This document shows positions 29,314 through 38,917 of a stretch of DNA of 64,000 nt, piece after piece (position 1 is the first letter of the stretch; each line of letters opens with the position of its first letter). The notes below the pieces were generated by a model. That model saw only the letters and a list, made by a program, of their open reading frames with translations. It was not told the DNA's origin and ran no database searches. The position numbers were made by a program, and so were the translations under genes. This DNA comes from Candidatus Hadarchaeota archaeon. GTDB lineage: Archaea > Hadarchaeota > Hadarchaeia > Hadarchaeales > JAWBSP01. Location: NCBI GenBank assembly GCA_964632175.1, contig CAZWBJ010000002.1, positions 13,878 through 77,877 of the forward strand, written 5' to 3'.

Positions 29314-29609
29314 TGTTCGAGTGGAGCAAGTACGGCTGCAAGGTCTGTAAGCGCACTTTTGTGCTGATGAAGTTGTCAGAGGAGGAGGAAAAGGGAAAGT
29401 TTTTAAAATGCCGCTTCTGTGAGACCAAAAACAACCTGACGAGGGAGAACCTCTCCAGCGGGAGGGTGACCTGCGGGGGCTGTGGCTCCATTCTCCTCTT
29501 CACCCCCGAGTCTAGGGAGGAGCTCCTGTCTCCTAGGTGCGTTTACTGCGGACAGAGGATCATCTACAAGCTCCGGCCGAAGAGGAAGAAAACCGTAAAA
29601 GCTGTGTGA
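29313..29609 (+). CDS. rpoP: RNA polymerase subunit Rpo12/RpoP with a duplicated zinc ribbon (98 aa; normally ~48 aa)
   Basis: C-terminal half VTCGGCGS...SPRCVYCGQRIIYKLRPKRKKTVKAV matches the RpoP consensus RCPYCG.KIL.K.RPK..VKAI. The N-terminal half YGCKVCKRTF...KCRFCE is a second CxxC-x17-CxxC ribbon. Confidence 0.7.
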   Translation: MFEWSKYGCKVCKRTFVLMKLSEEEEKGKFLKCRFCETKNNLTRENLSSGRVTCGGCGSILLFTPESREELLSPRCVYCGQRIIYKLRPKRKKTVKAV

Positions 29610-29666
29610 GGCTTGGCCGGAAGGTATCTGTGGCGGAGTGCTTAAGAGAGGCGTTCTGGTAATTAG

Positions 29667-29921
29667 ATGGGAAGAACTAGTCCTGGAAGGAGAAACTTTC
29701 CATGGGGCGAGATTGAGATTTGGCTACCACCCAAGCTAGCGGAGGCCGTGTACCAGTCACTGAAACCGGAGGCGGTGCTCCCGGCCGCAAGGGTGAAGCT
29801 GAGAAGGGGAAGAACCCTCCGGATGAGGGTGGAAGGAAAAGACTTGGGTGCGCTTAGAGCCGCCTTCAACTCCCTTTTGCGTTGGACAAGTGTGGCCATG
29901 GGGGTGGTAGGAAGTGAATGA
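29667..29921 (+). CDS. KEOPS complex subunit Pcc1
   Basis: ~80 aa. ALRAAFNSLLRW resembles the Pcc1 motif. Conserved position before prefoldin beta. Confidence 0.55.
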   Translation: MGRTSPGRRNFPWGEIEIWLPPKLAEAVYQSLKPEAVLPAARVKLRRGRTLRMRVEGKDLGALRAAFNSLLRWTSVAMGVVGSE

Positions 29922-30264
29922 ACTTTCCCCGCAAGCCCGCCACCAGCTAGAGCAATTCCAGCAGGCGCAACAACAGGCGCAGGCGCTGGCGGCGCAAAGA
30001 GCCCAACTTCAGAGTCTCATCACGGAGATCGAGGAAGCACTTGAAGAACTCTCAAAAGTGGGTGAGGAAACCCCTGTCTACAAGGCGGTGGGGCGCCTCC
30101 TCATCAAGCACGCCAAAGGGGAGATGGAAAAGGAACTCCGGGAGGAGAAGGAAACACTGGAGCTGAGGGTGAAGGTGCTCTCCAGACAGGAGGAGAGGGT
30201 GGTGGAGAGGATGCAGGAGATAAGGCAGAAGTTACAGGAAATGCTCAAAGCTTCCGCGAAATGA
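29914..30264 (+). CDS. pfdB: Prefoldin subunit beta
   Basis: Coiled-coil / beta-hairpin / coiled-coil architecture; 116 aa. Confidence 0.85.
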   Translation: MNELSPQARHQLEQFQQAQQQAQALAAQRAQLQSLITEIEEALEELSKVGEETPVYKAVGRLLIKHAKGEMEKELREEKETLELRVKVLSRQEERVVERMQEIRQKLQEMLKASAK

Positions 30265-30273
30265 GCTCACCCC

Positions 30274-31248
30274 ATGAAGGAGATTGCCCGCCTGCTGAAG
30301 GAGGCTACCAGTAAGGGGGAGAGAATCCTCGTGTTGTGCCATGAAAACGCTGACGTTGATGCCGTCGCTTCGACCACCGTCACCTGCGAGGCTCTGAACT
30401 CTCTGGGAGGGAGGGCTTGGGCTGGATGCGAGAGCCTCAGCAAACTGGCGGAGCATGTGCTCTCCTTGACAGGGAGACAAATCCAAACCGAACCCTCCTT
30501 CGATGCCGATCATTTCCTGCTTCTGGACACCTCCAGCCTAGAGCACTTGGGCAGCAGATTCGGCGAAAAGCTGAGAAACACCAGGATCCTCATGGTGGAT
30601 CATCACAAGCCCGTGGAGGAGGCGAGGCAACAGGCCCTGAGCGCCTACATTGATGAGACCTCCACCTCCGAGGCCGAACTCGTCCTGAAGCTGCTGAAGG
30701 AGCTGGGGGTCAGGCCCTCTCCCGATCAGAGCACCCTCCTGCTGGCTGGAATTCTGACAGACACTGCGGAGCTCAGGCTGGCAAAACCAGAAACGTTTGG
30801 TGCCATCCTAGAACTCCTTCAGCTGGGAGCTGACTACCAGCGGGCACAGGAGCTGATAAGGATACCGGAGGAAATCTCTAGAAAAATAGCCATGATAAAG
30901 GCCGCGAAGCGTGCCGAGATGGAGGAAATAAAGGGTTTCCTAGTTCTGTTCTCCGAAGTGGGATCTTTTGAGGCCGACGCCGCCGTGGCCCTACTTAAGC
31001 TAGGGGGCGATCTGGCCTTCGTTGGTTCACAAAGTGAGGGAAGGGTGAGGGTTTCGGCCAGAGCTAGACCAGAGGTTTGCGAACGCACGCGGTTACACCT
31101 CGGCCAGCTCATGATAGATTCTGCCAAAACCTTTAACGGCACGGGCGGGGGGCACGCAGGAGCAGCCAGTTTCACGGGCAAGGCCTCTCTGGCGGAAGTG
31201 AAGAACTGGCTGGTGAACAAACTCTACGAGCACCTTCTCCCCAAATAG
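30274..31248 (+). CDS. DHH/DHHA1 family phosphoesterase (NrnA-like)
   Basis: DHH motif (MVDHH) and DHHA1 GGGHAGAA motif; 324 aa. Confidence 0.8.
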   Translation: MKEIARLLKEATSKGERILVLCHENADVDAVASTTVTCEALNSLGGRAWAGCESLSKLAEHVLSLTGRQIQTEPSFDADHFLLLDTSSLEHLGSRFGEKLRNTRILMVDHHKPVEEARQQALSAYIDETSTSEAELVLKLLKELGVRPSPDQSTLLLAGILTDTAELRLAKPETFGAILELLQLGADYQRAQELIRIPEEISRKIAMIKAAKRAEMEEIKGFLVLFSEVGSFEADAAVALLKLGGDLAFVGSQSEGRVRVSARARPEVCERTRLHLGQLMIDSAKTFNGTGGGHAGAASFTGKASLAEVKNWLVNKLYEHLLPK

Positions 31249-31339
31249 AACCGCTCGTGACATTCGATTGGTCTAACTGCGCTCGAAAGACGTTCTGACC
31301 TGCCGCTGTAAAGGTTTCTAATCCCTCACTTCAGTAAAG

Positions 31340-32743
31340 ATGTACCTGATCCTAGGGTGCAATGAACTCGGCTATGAGGTGGCTGAGAGACTGAGAAAGG
31401 AGGGAGCGGAGCTTCTGCTCATCGACCCCTCCCAAGAAAAACTCTCGGAACTTAGAAACCTGAACGTGAGGGTGGGAGACTTCTACGACCCGGAGTTCCT
31501 CAAACAGGTGGCGGAAATGAAGAGAGCCACTACCATCTTCATCTCCACGCCGGAGTTCGACAGAACCCTTGAGACCTTGAAGGCGATCAATCAGGCTAAG
31601 AAGGAGCTAAAAATAGATCCCGTGATTCTGGTGCTAACCCCCGATGCCTTTGTGGAAAAAGAGTTGAAGAGATTGGGGGCCACGGAGGCAGTCCCCATCC
31701 CACAGGTTTTGGGCGAGACCATCTTCAAGGAGTTTGAGAGAGCCAGAGAGAGGGCGGCTGAGGCGCGCCTGAGGAGTCTAGTGCAGGAGACCCGAGGCAG
31801 GATGCTCATCCTCACTCACACCAACCCTGATCCCGACGCTATAGCCAGTGCGGTTGCCCTGAAGACTTATGTCAAAGCCTTTGGAGTGGATGCAGACATT
31901 GCCTATGACGGAGAGATGGGATACCCCCAGAACAGGGCAATGTGCAACCTCCTTCAGGTGGAGTTGCGCGGGGTGGAGAAAGTAAACTTCAAGGATTACC
32001 TTAACTTCGCTCTCGTTGATGTGGCAACCAGGGGCTACTGTGCTCTGCCCAAGGAGATCACCCCCACCATCGTCATAGACCATCACTCCGTCCCACCCAG
32101 CGAGGTCTCTGGGAGGATGGTGGAGCTCGCTCCCGTGGGTGCCTGCTCAACCATCTTGGCCAACTATCTGGAGTATGCGGGGATACCCGCTCAGGGGCCT
32201 CTAGCCTCCGCTCTCGTGCTGGGGATCTTAACCGACACCTCCAACCTCTCCAGTGCCACTCCCCCCGATGTGGAGGCCTACTGGAAGCTGAGGAAATCCT
32301 CGGACCCCCAAGTTCTAAGGGCGATCCAGCAGCCACCCTATTCACGGGGGATGCTCTCCGCCCTTCCCACCGCCCTGAGAAAAGAAAAAATAATTGGCTC
32401 CTGCCTCATCACCAGCGCCGGGGAAATCGAAGAGGAGGATACCGTCTCTCAATTGGCTGACTTCCTCCTTGCAAGAGAGGGGGTGACGACGGTCCTTGTC
32501 TATGGGGTGATGGGTGAAAAAGTCAGAATCTCCGCTAGGACAACCGACTCCACCATTCATTTGGGTAAAGCCTTCTCCGAGGCCTTCGGCAGATTTGGGG
32601 GAGGTCACCAAAGCATGGCGGGAGCAAAGATACCCTTCCCCCAGAAACCAACTCAGACCCAGATAAACTCCTTGGTCAGAAAATTCCTGCAAGCGGTGGG
32701 GCTGAAACCAAAACGTGGGAGAGTTTCTAAAAAGGGCCCTTAA
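31340..32743 (+). CDS. TrkA-N (Rossmann/RCK_N) domain fused to a DHH/DHHA1 phosphoesterase
   Basis: N-terminal LILGCNELGYEVAERL...LLLIDPS Rossmann fold. VIDHH and GGGHQSMAG in the C-terminal part; 467 aa. Confidence 0.75.
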   Translation: MYLILGCNELGYEVAERLRKEGAELLLIDPSQEKLSELRNLNVRVGDFYDPEFLKQVAEMKRATTIFISTPEFDRTLETLKAINQAKKELKIDPVILVLTPDAFVEKELKRLGATEAVPIPQVLGETIFKEFERARERAAEARLRSLVQETRGRMLILTHTNPDPDAIASAVALKTYVKAFGVDADIAYDGEMGYPQNRAMCNLLQVELRGVEKVNFKDYLNFALVDVATRGYCALPKEITPTIVIDHHSVPPSEVSGRMVELAPVGACSTILANYLEYAGIPAQGPLASALVLGILTDTSNLSSATPPDVEAYWKLRKSSDPQVLRAIQQPPYSRGMLSALPTALRKEKIIGSCLITSAGEIEEEDTVSQLADFLLAREGVTTVLVYGVMGEKVRISARTTDSTIHLGKAFSEAFGRFGGGHQSMAGAKIPFPQKPTQTQINSLVRKFLQAVGLKPKRGRVSKKGP

Positions 32744-33533
32744 GGGAATCCTGCCTGCGGAGGTTCTGGGAAAACTGGGCGGATACGAAGTAGTAGGGCA
32801 CGTTGCCATTTTGAGGCTTCCAGAAGAACTCTCGCGCTGGAAGGAGCCCATCGCGGCTGCCCTCCTGAAAAGAGGTGGAATAAAGACGGTGGTCCTCTGG
32901 AAGGGAACGGAAGGAAGAATGAGACTTCCACAGGTGGAGGTGATAGCGGGGGAGAGCACCGAGACCGTACACAGAGAAAACGGGTGCCTCTTCAAGTTGG
33001 ACGTTTCTAAGGTTCTTTTCTGCCCGGGAAACTTGTATGAGAGAATGCGTCTGCCAAAGCTCGTGAAGGATGGAGAGGTAGTGGTGGACATGTTCGCCGG
33101 TGTGGGACAGTTCACCATCCCGGTAGCCAAGCACGCGAACCCCTCCCTAGTTTACTCCATCGAGCTGAATCCGGTGGCCTACTCCTACCTTTGCGAAAAT
33201 GTGAGGATCAACAGGGTGGGGCACCGGGTCAGACCTCTGCTGGGGGATTGTGAAAGGGTGGCACCGAGAGGGGTGGCAGACAGGATAATTCTAGGCCTCC
33301 TCCACCTCTCTCCCCTCTATCTTCCCCTCGCGATAGAGGTGCTGAAGCCCGAGGGGGGTGTAATTCACTACCACGAGAGCGTGCCTTGCGCGGTTAGGTT
33401 TGAGAGACCCGTAAAAAGAATCCTGGAGGCGGCAGGGGGGAGAAAAGTGGAGATCTTGGGAAAGAGGGTGGTCAAGAGCTACTCGCCGGGGGTGGATCAT
33501 GTCGTCATCGATGCGAGCATCGGTTCCAACTGA
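32715..33533 (+). CDS. Met-10+ family tRNA methyltransferase (Trm5 / Taw2-like)
   Basis: DMFAGVGQFTIP SAM-binding motif; 272 aa. Confidence 0.75.
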   Translation: MGEFLKRALKGILPAEVLGKLGGYEVVGHVAILRLPEELSRWKEPIAAALLKRGGIKTVVLWKGTEGRMRLPQVEVIAGESTETVHRENGCLFKLDVSKVLFCPGNLYERMRLPKLVKDGEVVVDMFAGVGQFTIPVAKHANPSLVYSIELNPVAYSYLCENVRINRVGHRVRPLLGDCERVAPRGVADRIILGLLHLSPLYLPLAIEVLKPEGGVIHYHESVPCAVRFERPVKRILEAAGGRKVEILGKRVVKSYSPGVDHVVIDASIGSN

Positions 33534-33984
33534 AAAGGAACTCCAGAGGTTGAGAGCAGTGGCGGACTACCAGTTCGACCGCGGTGTGGGTGAGGCACTC
33601 TTCCGGGGGGAGCTGAGGGTGATAAGGGGAAAAGGCGGAAAAATCAGGCAGGTTTGGGCAGAGGGAAAGCCGCTCTGCTCCATCAGGGCCTCGGACGGCT
33701 TCATAGTCCTGAACAGGGAGGGGGCGGCTAGAGTGCACTCGGTGCTCAAGTTCCCTAGGCTCAGGGTGGTGATAAAGGAGGAAGCCGTGCCCTTCGTGGA
33801 GAAGGGTAGGGATGTCTTCGCCAAGCACGTGGTGGAAGCCGACCCAGAAATCAGACCCGCCGAAGAAGTGCTGGTGGTAGATCAGGGAAACCGACTCCTC
33901 GCCTCGGGGAGGGCGGTGCTCACGGGAGAGGAAATGAAGGCCTTCAAAGTGGGCGTCGCTGTTAAGGTGAGGAGGTCGCTCTAG
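33499..33984 (+). CDS. PUA domain-containing RNA-binding protein
   Basis: C-terminal PUA-like region (EEVLVVDQGNRLLASGRAVL); 161 aa. Confidence 0.55.
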   Translation: MSSSMRASVPTEKELQRLRAVADYQFDRGVGEALFRGELRVIRGKGGKIRQVWAEGKPLCSIRASDGFIVLNREGAARVHSVLKFPRLRVVIKEEAVPFVEKGRDVFAKHVVEADPEIRPAEEVLVVDQGNRLLASGRAVLTGEEMKAFKVGVAVKVRRSL

Positions 33985-34646
33985 AAGATTTCCCAGCCCT
34001 CCACGTGTCCCCCGCAGTACTTCCTCAAGTAAAGAAGTGCGTCCCTCACCGCGGCCTCCACCCTTTCCCTCCCCACACCAGGTACATTCCAAACTACCAG
34101 TAGGACTCTGGAGGTCTTGGGGGTCACCATGGTCACCTTGCTGTCACCAGAGGTAAAGGCAGCAAGTATCTTGGCCTCATCCCTCAGAATTACTTCCCCA
34201 GGCTTGGTTGTAACCCTCCTGCCGTCGATGAGTTGCAACTCCTCAGCTCTTTCCGCCAGCGTTGTGGTAACCGTTCCAGTGATCTTCTCTAGGTCATACA
34301 CTCCCGCGACCACCATGTGCTGAACCGATGCTAAGAGACAGGAATCTACCACATTGTTAATGGATGGAAAGCGGTCCTCCAGTGCCCTTTTAAGGAGATA
34401 TTCCGGTGCTGGCTTGAAGCTCGATGGATCCACCCCAACGGCCTTAAAAAATTCCCTGTAACGGGCCACCTCTGGAAGCTGGGAGATTTCTACCCCGCCG
34501 TACTTAATTTTCAGCTCAGAGAAAACTTGGTGCTTCCTTTCAACTAGACCCTCAACCAGCTGCTCCACAGTGACACCGCTGACATGTCCGTACCCCGCAC
34601 AAAATCCTGGGTATTTTTCCACCACCTTGGAATCCAGTCGCCACAT
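33981..34646 (-). CDS. B3/B4 tRNA-binding domain protein (PheT B3/4-like)
   Basis: B3/4 domain pattern; 221 aa. Confidence 0.65.
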   Translation of the reverse strand: MWRLDSKVVEKYPGFCAGYGHVSGVTVEQLVEGLVERKHQVFSELKIKYGGVEISQLPEVARYREFFKAVGVDPSSFKPAPEYLLKRALEDRFPSINNVVDSCLLASVQHMVVAGVYDLEKITGTVTTTLAERAEELQLIDGRRVTTKPGEVILRDEAKILAAFTSGDSKVTMVTPKTSRVLLVVWNVPGVGRERVEAAVRDALLYLRKYCGGHVEGWEIF

Positions 34647-34714
34647 GAGAAATTCCCACCCTGTCTATAAAAACAGTCCTTCACCGATAGATTTTTCCAG
34701 ACTGCATAAATTAA

Positions 34715-35548
34715 ATGATGAGAGTTGGCGACGTCATGACAAAAAATGTTAGATGGGTCGAGGTCCCTGGATCCAGAGAGAGTGCTCTAGAACTTCTTAA
34801 AACGCTGGAGGTCAGCGCCATCCCCGTGCTCAAAAGCGAAACGGGTGAGTTCGTGGGCATGATCTCGCTCCGCAAACTTCTAGAAAACCCGGACGAGGAT
34901 CAGCTGGCCATGCTGGTTGATAGGGAAACGCCCACGATCTCACCCGAGGACGAGCTAAATGTGCCCGCAAGGCTGATGGTGGAGAGGCGCCTGAGGAGGT
35001 TGCCGGTGCTGAAGAATGGCAGGCTCGTGGGGATGATCACGGTCAGAGATATCGTGTACAGGGTGCTCACCCAAGGCTTTCCTCAGCCTTCCATCAACTT
35101 CGTGCACCCCACCACCGTGGCCTTGTGGGAAGGAACACCCCTCAGAGCTGCACTGGAAATCATGTCCCTTGCAGGAGTTAGGGGATTGCCCGTTCTGGAT
35201 TCCGAGGGAAGGCTGGTGGGTATGGTGGATGATTCCGACATCGTGAAAGTTTGCGAGGTTGAAACCAGCTCGAGGATGAGCCAGATGACCGGCAGAACGG
35301 AGGGGGACAGCTGGACTTGGGACACCGAGGACAGGATCTACATTACTAAAAAGGTTCTCAAGCTGCCCGACAAGACGGTGGCGGATGTCATGAGCAGGGA
35401 AGTTATCACCATCACCCGCAAAACCTCCGTGAGTGAGACCGCTTCCCTGATGAAGGAGCACAGGATTGAACAGGTGCCCGTGGTCTCGGCCGAGGGTCGC
35501 CTCGCCGGAATAGTGTACGACGTGGACCTCCTCCGAGTACTGTTTTAG
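34715..35548 (+). CDS. Protein with four CBS domains
   Basis: Two CBS pairs; 277 aa. Confidence 0.8.
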   Translation: MMRVGDVMTKNVRWVEVPGSRESALELLKTLEVSAIPVLKSETGEFVGMISLRKLLENPDEDQLAMLVDRETPTISPEDELNVPARLMVERRLRRLPVLKNGRLVGMITVRDIVYRVLTQGFPQPSINFVHPTTVALWEGTPLRAALEIMSLAGVRGLPVLDSEGRLVGMVDDSDIVKVCEVETSSRMSQMTGRTEGDSWTWDTEDRIYITKKVLKLPDKTVADVMSREVITITRKTSVSETASLMKEHRIEQVPVVSAEGRLAGIVYDVDLLRVLF

Positions 35549-35567
35549 ACACTGCCCCGATTCTTAG

Positions 35568-37091
35568 ATGCAGGCAGAGCTGGCGGAGATGCTCCGGAGG
35601 AGAGGCTTCCTTTGGCCTTCCTTCGAGATATACGGTGGGGTGGGTGGCTTCTATGATTTGGGCCCGATGGGCTCCCTACTCCGGGACAATCTCATCACGA
35701 AATGGAAGAAGTGGTACATCCAGCAGGAGGGATATCTCCAGCTCGAGACCCCCACCATCCTACCTTTTGAGCTCCTGAGGGCCAGCGGGCACGTGGAGCA
35801 CTTCACCGACCTTATGGGAGAGTGTCGCTCGTGCGGGGGGGCCTTCAAAATGTCCGAACTCATGAAGGAGAGGGGAGTCGAAATCGAGGGGCTACCGCTG
35901 GAGGAGGCCAGAAAGCTGGTGAGCGAAAAGGGGGTGAGATGCCCGGACTGCGGGGGTGAGTTGAACCTCTCGGATTTTAACATCATGTTCTCCACCTCGA
36001 TCGGTCCCGGCTCCTCCAAGCGTGCGGGATTCCTGAGACCAGAGACTGCCCAGCAAATCTTCATTGCCTTCAGAAGACTCTTCCGGCATGCTAGGGGAAA
36101 GCTTCCCTTCGGGGTGGTGACGGTAGGGAAGGGGTACCGAAACGAGATCTCACCAAGGCAGGGTGTGATAAGGCTAAGGGAGTTCACCATGGCCGAGGCC
36201 GAGGTTTTCTTTGACCCCCAATCCCCACGTCCACCGGACTTCCAAAAAATCGAGGGAGAGAGACTCAGGCTTTTCAGAGCCAATGGCGAGACCGTGGAGC
36301 TGACCGCCGGGGAGGCGGCGGGGAGAGGTTTGGTATGCAACGAGATGATGGCCTACCAGCTCTCCCTAGCCAAGCGCTTCTTGTTGAGCCTGGGAACCAA
36401 GGAGGAGTGCATGAGGTTCAGAGAGCAGAAGCCGGCCGAAAGAGCCCATTACTCCTCGGAAACCTGGGATCTGGAAATCCTCACCCAGCAGTTTGGATGG
36501 GTGGAGGTGGCGGGAATAGCGTACCGTACGGATTACGACCTCTCCAGGCACAGCTTATTCAGCGGGGTAGATCTCTCGGTGACGGTGAACGGCAGGAGGT
36601 TCTTCCCGCACGTGCTCGAGCCCTCCTTTGGGATAGACCGAATCCTATACTGTGTTATTGAGCAGGCCTACACCTGTGAGGGGAAGCGAAGGTTCCTGAA
36701 GCTCAGGGCAGATCTTGCGCCCTTCCAGCTAGGCGTCTTCCCCCTCATGCCCAAAGAGGAACTCTCCCAGAAAGCCCACCAAATTTATCAGACGCTCAAG
36801 AGGCATTTTTCCGTCATCTATGACGAGAGCGGCTCCATCGGCAGGAGATACCTCCGCGCGGACGAGATAGGAGTTCCCTACTGCGTGACCATCGATTACC
36901 AAACACTGCAGGACGGGAGCGTCACCGTGAGGGATAGAGATACCACCAGGCAGGTGAGGGTGAAACGCGAACTCGTACCGGTCCTTTCAGGCCTGCTGAG
37001 CGGCGAACTAAAATTTGAGGAAGCCGGGTCCCCCTTCTCCTCAAAGGAGGAAGAGGAGGAAGGAGAGAAGAGTGAGCACGAAGATAGTTAG
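35568..37091 (+). CDS. glyS: Glycine--tRNA ligase (archaeal/eukaryotic-type class II)
   Basis: Class II aaRS motifs, an insertion Zn ribbon CRSCGG...CPDCGG, an anticodon-binding domain and an acidic tail; 507 aa. Confidence 0.9.
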   Translation: MQAELAEMLRRRGFLWPSFEIYGGVGGFYDLGPMGSLLRDNLITKWKKWYIQQEGYLQLETPTILPFELLRASGHVEHFTDLMGECRSCGGAFKMSELMKERGVEIEGLPLEEARKLVSEKGVRCPDCGGELNLSDFNIMFSTSIGPGSSKRAGFLRPETAQQIFIAFRRLFRHARGKLPFGVVTVGKGYRNEISPRQGVIRLREFTMAEAEVFFDPQSPRPPDFQKIEGERLRLFRANGETVELTAGEAAGRGLVCNEMMAYQLSLAKRFLLSLGTKEECMRFREQKPAERAHYSSETWDLEILTQQFGWVEVAGIAYRTDYDLSRHSLFSGVDLSVTVNGRRFFPHVLEPSFGIDRILYCVIEQAYTCEGKRRFLKLRADLAPFQLGVFPLMPKEELSQKAHQIYQTLKRHFSVIYDESGSIGRRYLRADEIGVPYCVTIDYQTLQDGSVTVRDRDTTRQVRVKRELVPVLSGLLSGELKFEEAGSPFSSKEEEEEGEKSEHEDS

Positions 37092-37934
37092 GGAATAGGG
37101 TCTTGAGTCTAGTTCGAGGGACTGCGCGAGGATGAGGTTAAAGAAGGACGGCGGCATCAGGGAGAGGTAGAGGGCGGGGCGAACTATACTCTTCCCCACT
37201 CCCAGCAAGTGACAGGTGGCGAGCGTCACGAGCGGGCAGAGGAGAAGCCTCAGGAGCCCCACTACTGGGAGATGCCTAGCGTATTTCCTCGAGGTCTCAA
37301 TTCTCAGATGATACCCCACTTGAAGAAGGAGGAGCAGGAAGAAGGTGGGAAAGATCCTCTGCGTGAAAAAATTATAGAGGTCCTGTGGAAGGGGGGCCCG
37401 CAGGTAGACCAAGAGGAGGGCCAGGAGCAGGAGGGCCACAGCCGGGAAGGTGAAGGTCTGGGTGAAGATCTGCCGGAGGCTTGGGCTTTTGGTTATGAGG
37501 AAGTGCATGAGGAGGGTTCCCAGAAAGAGGTTGAGCACTGCCACCGTCACCGCGTACAGAACGGCGGGGGGCATGAAAGCACTCCCAAGCTTGGCATAGA
37601 TCACCGGGAGACCGAGATGGGCAACGTTCATGAAGGAAGAGTTCAGCACCAAGGCCACCCCCTCTTCCTTGGGCAAGCGGGAAGCGAGGAAACAGGAGGC
37701 AAAGAAGCAGGCGGCCACACCCATCACCGCCGCTATCACAGCCCCCCAGAGAGCTATCACCTGTGCAGGTACAAGGGCGCTCACATACACGAAGGCAATG
37801 AGAGGGAGAATGATCAAGGTGGTGAAGATTCTGAGGAAGTCGAAAATCTGGCGGAGGACCCCAAGCCTCCGCAGTGCTGCACCCGCCACTATGGGGGAGA
37901 AGAGGAAGAGCGCCAGAGTGAGGGTGGGATTCAT
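37041..37934 (-). CDS. Membrane transporter (AEC / auxin-efflux-carrier-like family)
   Basis: Polytopic membrane protein. Start placed at MNPTLTL, because the six-frame ORF extends over the glyS 3' end. Confidence 0.5.
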   Translation of the reverse strand: MNPTLTLALFLFSPIVAGAALRRLGVLRQIFDFLRIFTTLIILPLIAFVYVSALVPAQVIALWGAVIAAVMGVAACFFASCFLASRLPKEEGVALVLNSSFMNVAHLGLPVIYAKLGSAFMPPAVLYAVTVAVLNLFLGTLLMHFLITKSPSLRQIFTQTFTFPAVALLLLALLLVYLRAPLPQDLYNFFTQRIFPTFFLLLLLQVGYHLRIETSRKYARHLPVVGLLRLLLCPLVTLATCHLLGVGKSIVRPALYLSLMPPSFFNLILAQSLELDSRPYSLTIFVLTLLSFLLFLL

Positions 37935-37960
37935 TTCCCCATGCGATAGATGAGTTAAAC

Positions 37961-38917
37961 ATGCTCCTCCTCTTACCCATTCTCCTCCTCGCCCTCTCCA
38001 TCGGCGCAGGGGATACCTCCAACTCCATCTCAACCCTCGTGGGGAGCAGACTCCTCACCCTCCGCCGTGCCCTCCTCCTCTCCACCCTCTTTTTGGTGCT
38101 GGGGTTACTGGTGGAGGGGTGGAAGGTGGGGGAAACTGTGGCTAGAGGACTCGTAACGGGGGGGCGTGGATTCCTCGAACAGATGCCTAGGGCCGTGTTC
38201 CCCATCTGCCTCTCCACATTCATCTGCTCCATTCCCTTCCTCCTTCTCGGCTTTCCGATCTCCACCACTCAGGCCCTCCTGGCCTCGCTGGCCGGAACCG
38301 GGATAATGCTGAAGGGGAGCCTCAGCCTCAAGCTGGAGGTGGGAAAGTTTGAGCTACTGTTGGCATGCTGGGCACTCTCCCCCGTGCTCTCCCTCCTCCT
38401 CTCCTTTTTCCTCGCACGCCTCCTCTTCCGGGCCCTGCGGGGAGTGAAGAACCTGTTGGCTCTCAACCGAGTGCTTGCCCTTCTCCTCCCGCTCGCCTCG
38501 GCCTACGTTGCCTACACCAACGGTGCCAACGATGGCGGGGCCCTCTTGGGCATCGCCACCGCCATAGGGTCAAACCCGCTCTTCAACCTCTGGTTGGGGC
38601 TCATGGTGGCCACAGGCTCCCTCCTCCTAAGCAGAAGGGTGGTCATGACCGTGGGGACGAGCCTTACCCACCTCGATCCCCTCACCGCCCTCCCAGCCCA
38701 GCTCGCGGCCGCCCTGACCGTCTGGGGCTTCGTTCAAACGGGCTTTCCCGTCTCCCTCACCCAAGCCCTCACGGGTTCCGTGGTTGGGGTGGGTCTGACT
38801 AGGGGGACTGCCGCTGTGAACCTTCCCAAGATGAGAAAAATCCTGATCGTCTGGATTCTCTCCCCGCTGGTGGGTTTCGGGCTCTCCCTTCTCCTCTCCC
38901 TCCCGCTCAGCCCTTGA
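37961..38917 (+). CDS. pitA: Inorganic phosphate transporter, PiT family
   Basis: Duplicated GAND-type motifs (SIGAGDTSNS and YTNGANDGG); 318 aa. Confidence 0.85.
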   Translation: MLLLLPILLLALSIGAGDTSNSISTLVGSRLLTLRRALLLSTLFLVLGLLVEGWKVGETVARGLVTGGRGFLEQMPRAVFPICLSTFICSIPFLLLGFPISTTQALLASLAGTGIMLKGSLSLKLEVGKFELLLACWALSPVLSLLLSFFLARLLFRALRGVKNLLALNRVLALLLPLASAYVAYTNGANDGGALLGIATAIGSNPLFNLWLGLMVATGSLLLSRRVVMTVGTSLTHLDPLTALPAQLAAALTVWGFVQTGFPVSLTQALTGSVVGVGLTRGTAAVNLPKMRKILIVWILSPLVGFGLSLLLSLPLSP

